Of a stretch of 64,000 bases of DNA, positions 63,472-64,000 are shown in pieces (positions within the stretch are counted from its first letter, which is position 1; every line of letters begins with the position of its first letter). The notes under the pieces were generated by a model. The model worked only from the letters and a program-made list of their open reading frames with translations, was not told the DNA's origin and ran no database searches. The DNA is from Octopus sinensis. Its lineage: Eukaryota. A program made the position numbers and the translations under genes. The stretch lies in NCBI RefSeq assembly GCF_006345805.1, contig NC_043019.1, forward strand, positions 30,193,360 to 30,257,359. The letters are read 5' to 3'.

Positions 63472-63872
63472 GATAGATATATATACACATGTGTAGAAGG
63501 TTGAAAAGGAACCCACGAGTTGATATACATGGAAAAAAAAGTCAAGGTAGAAAATGCTAAAATAATTTTATAAAAAACATTTCAGTACCAGTTTCAGTCA
63601 TTGAGACTTTTTCAACTGTAAGTATGGAAAACAATTAAATTTTGGAAAAATTAAAAGATTTTTAAAAGAATATTTGCATAGTGTTCAAATACAAGTGGCA
63701 TTTTCCTTGTTTCTGCCTCTCTCTCTCTCTCTCTTTTATATATATATAAATAAATAAACATCTGTGCAAGCGCTTGGCCATGCATGAGCAAGCAGTCAGC
63801 CTTACAATGAGTCAACTACCTGAGTGACTCATCAAACCTATCTCTATTGTAAAACAAAGAAATTTTACTCAC

Positions 63873-63942
63873 TTGATAGCAGTCATCCATTCTTCTTTAT
63901 CTTCTGCTTTTGATGCTGACATTCGATACACAGTGTGTTTAC
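63873..63942 (-). CDS. CYTH: Cytohesin (Sec7+PH Arf-GEF), penultimate coding exon, end of PH domain
   Basis: Minus strand: ctactttAG acceptor, AA|GTGAGT donor; (G)KHTVYRMSASKAEDKEEWMTAI(K) matches the cytohesin/Steppke motif GxHxVYRxSAxxxEExxEW. Upstream exons lie beyond the window. Confidence 0.92.
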
Positions 63943-64000
63943 CTAAAGTAGGGGGGAAAAAAATACATAGGAAAATGAGGAAGGCATTCAGGACATCTGA

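Overview
AT-rich, repeat-dense animal genomic DNA. The SINE, microsatellite and LINE repertoire suggests an octopus or other coleoid cephalopod (inference). Two spliced genes can be read from the sequence. (1) A complete 7-exon + strand crotonase-superfamily (enoyl-CoA hydratase-like) gene, CDS 23878..40242, 312 aa, with a probable mitochondrial transit peptide. (2) The last two coding exons of a - strand cytohesin (ARNO/GRP1/Steppke-type Arf-GEF) with an apparent 3' UTR of about 6.6 kb. The rest is modular tRNA-derived SINEs, LINE fragments (RTE, CR1-like, R4/Dong), DNA transposon relics and MITEs (pogo/Tigger, Chapaev3-like, mariner, maT DD37D, Merlin-like, piggyBac-like, MULE-like), non-autonomous Helitrons, a 5S rRNA pseudogene and microsatellites. 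The most interesting signal is a short element, present three times, that joins a tRNA-like Pol III head to a tail carrying a Penelope-type minimal hammerhead ribozyme. Several other unrelated hammerhead motifs occur, including U3-A8 core variants. Family assignments come from motif recognition by eye, not database searches.
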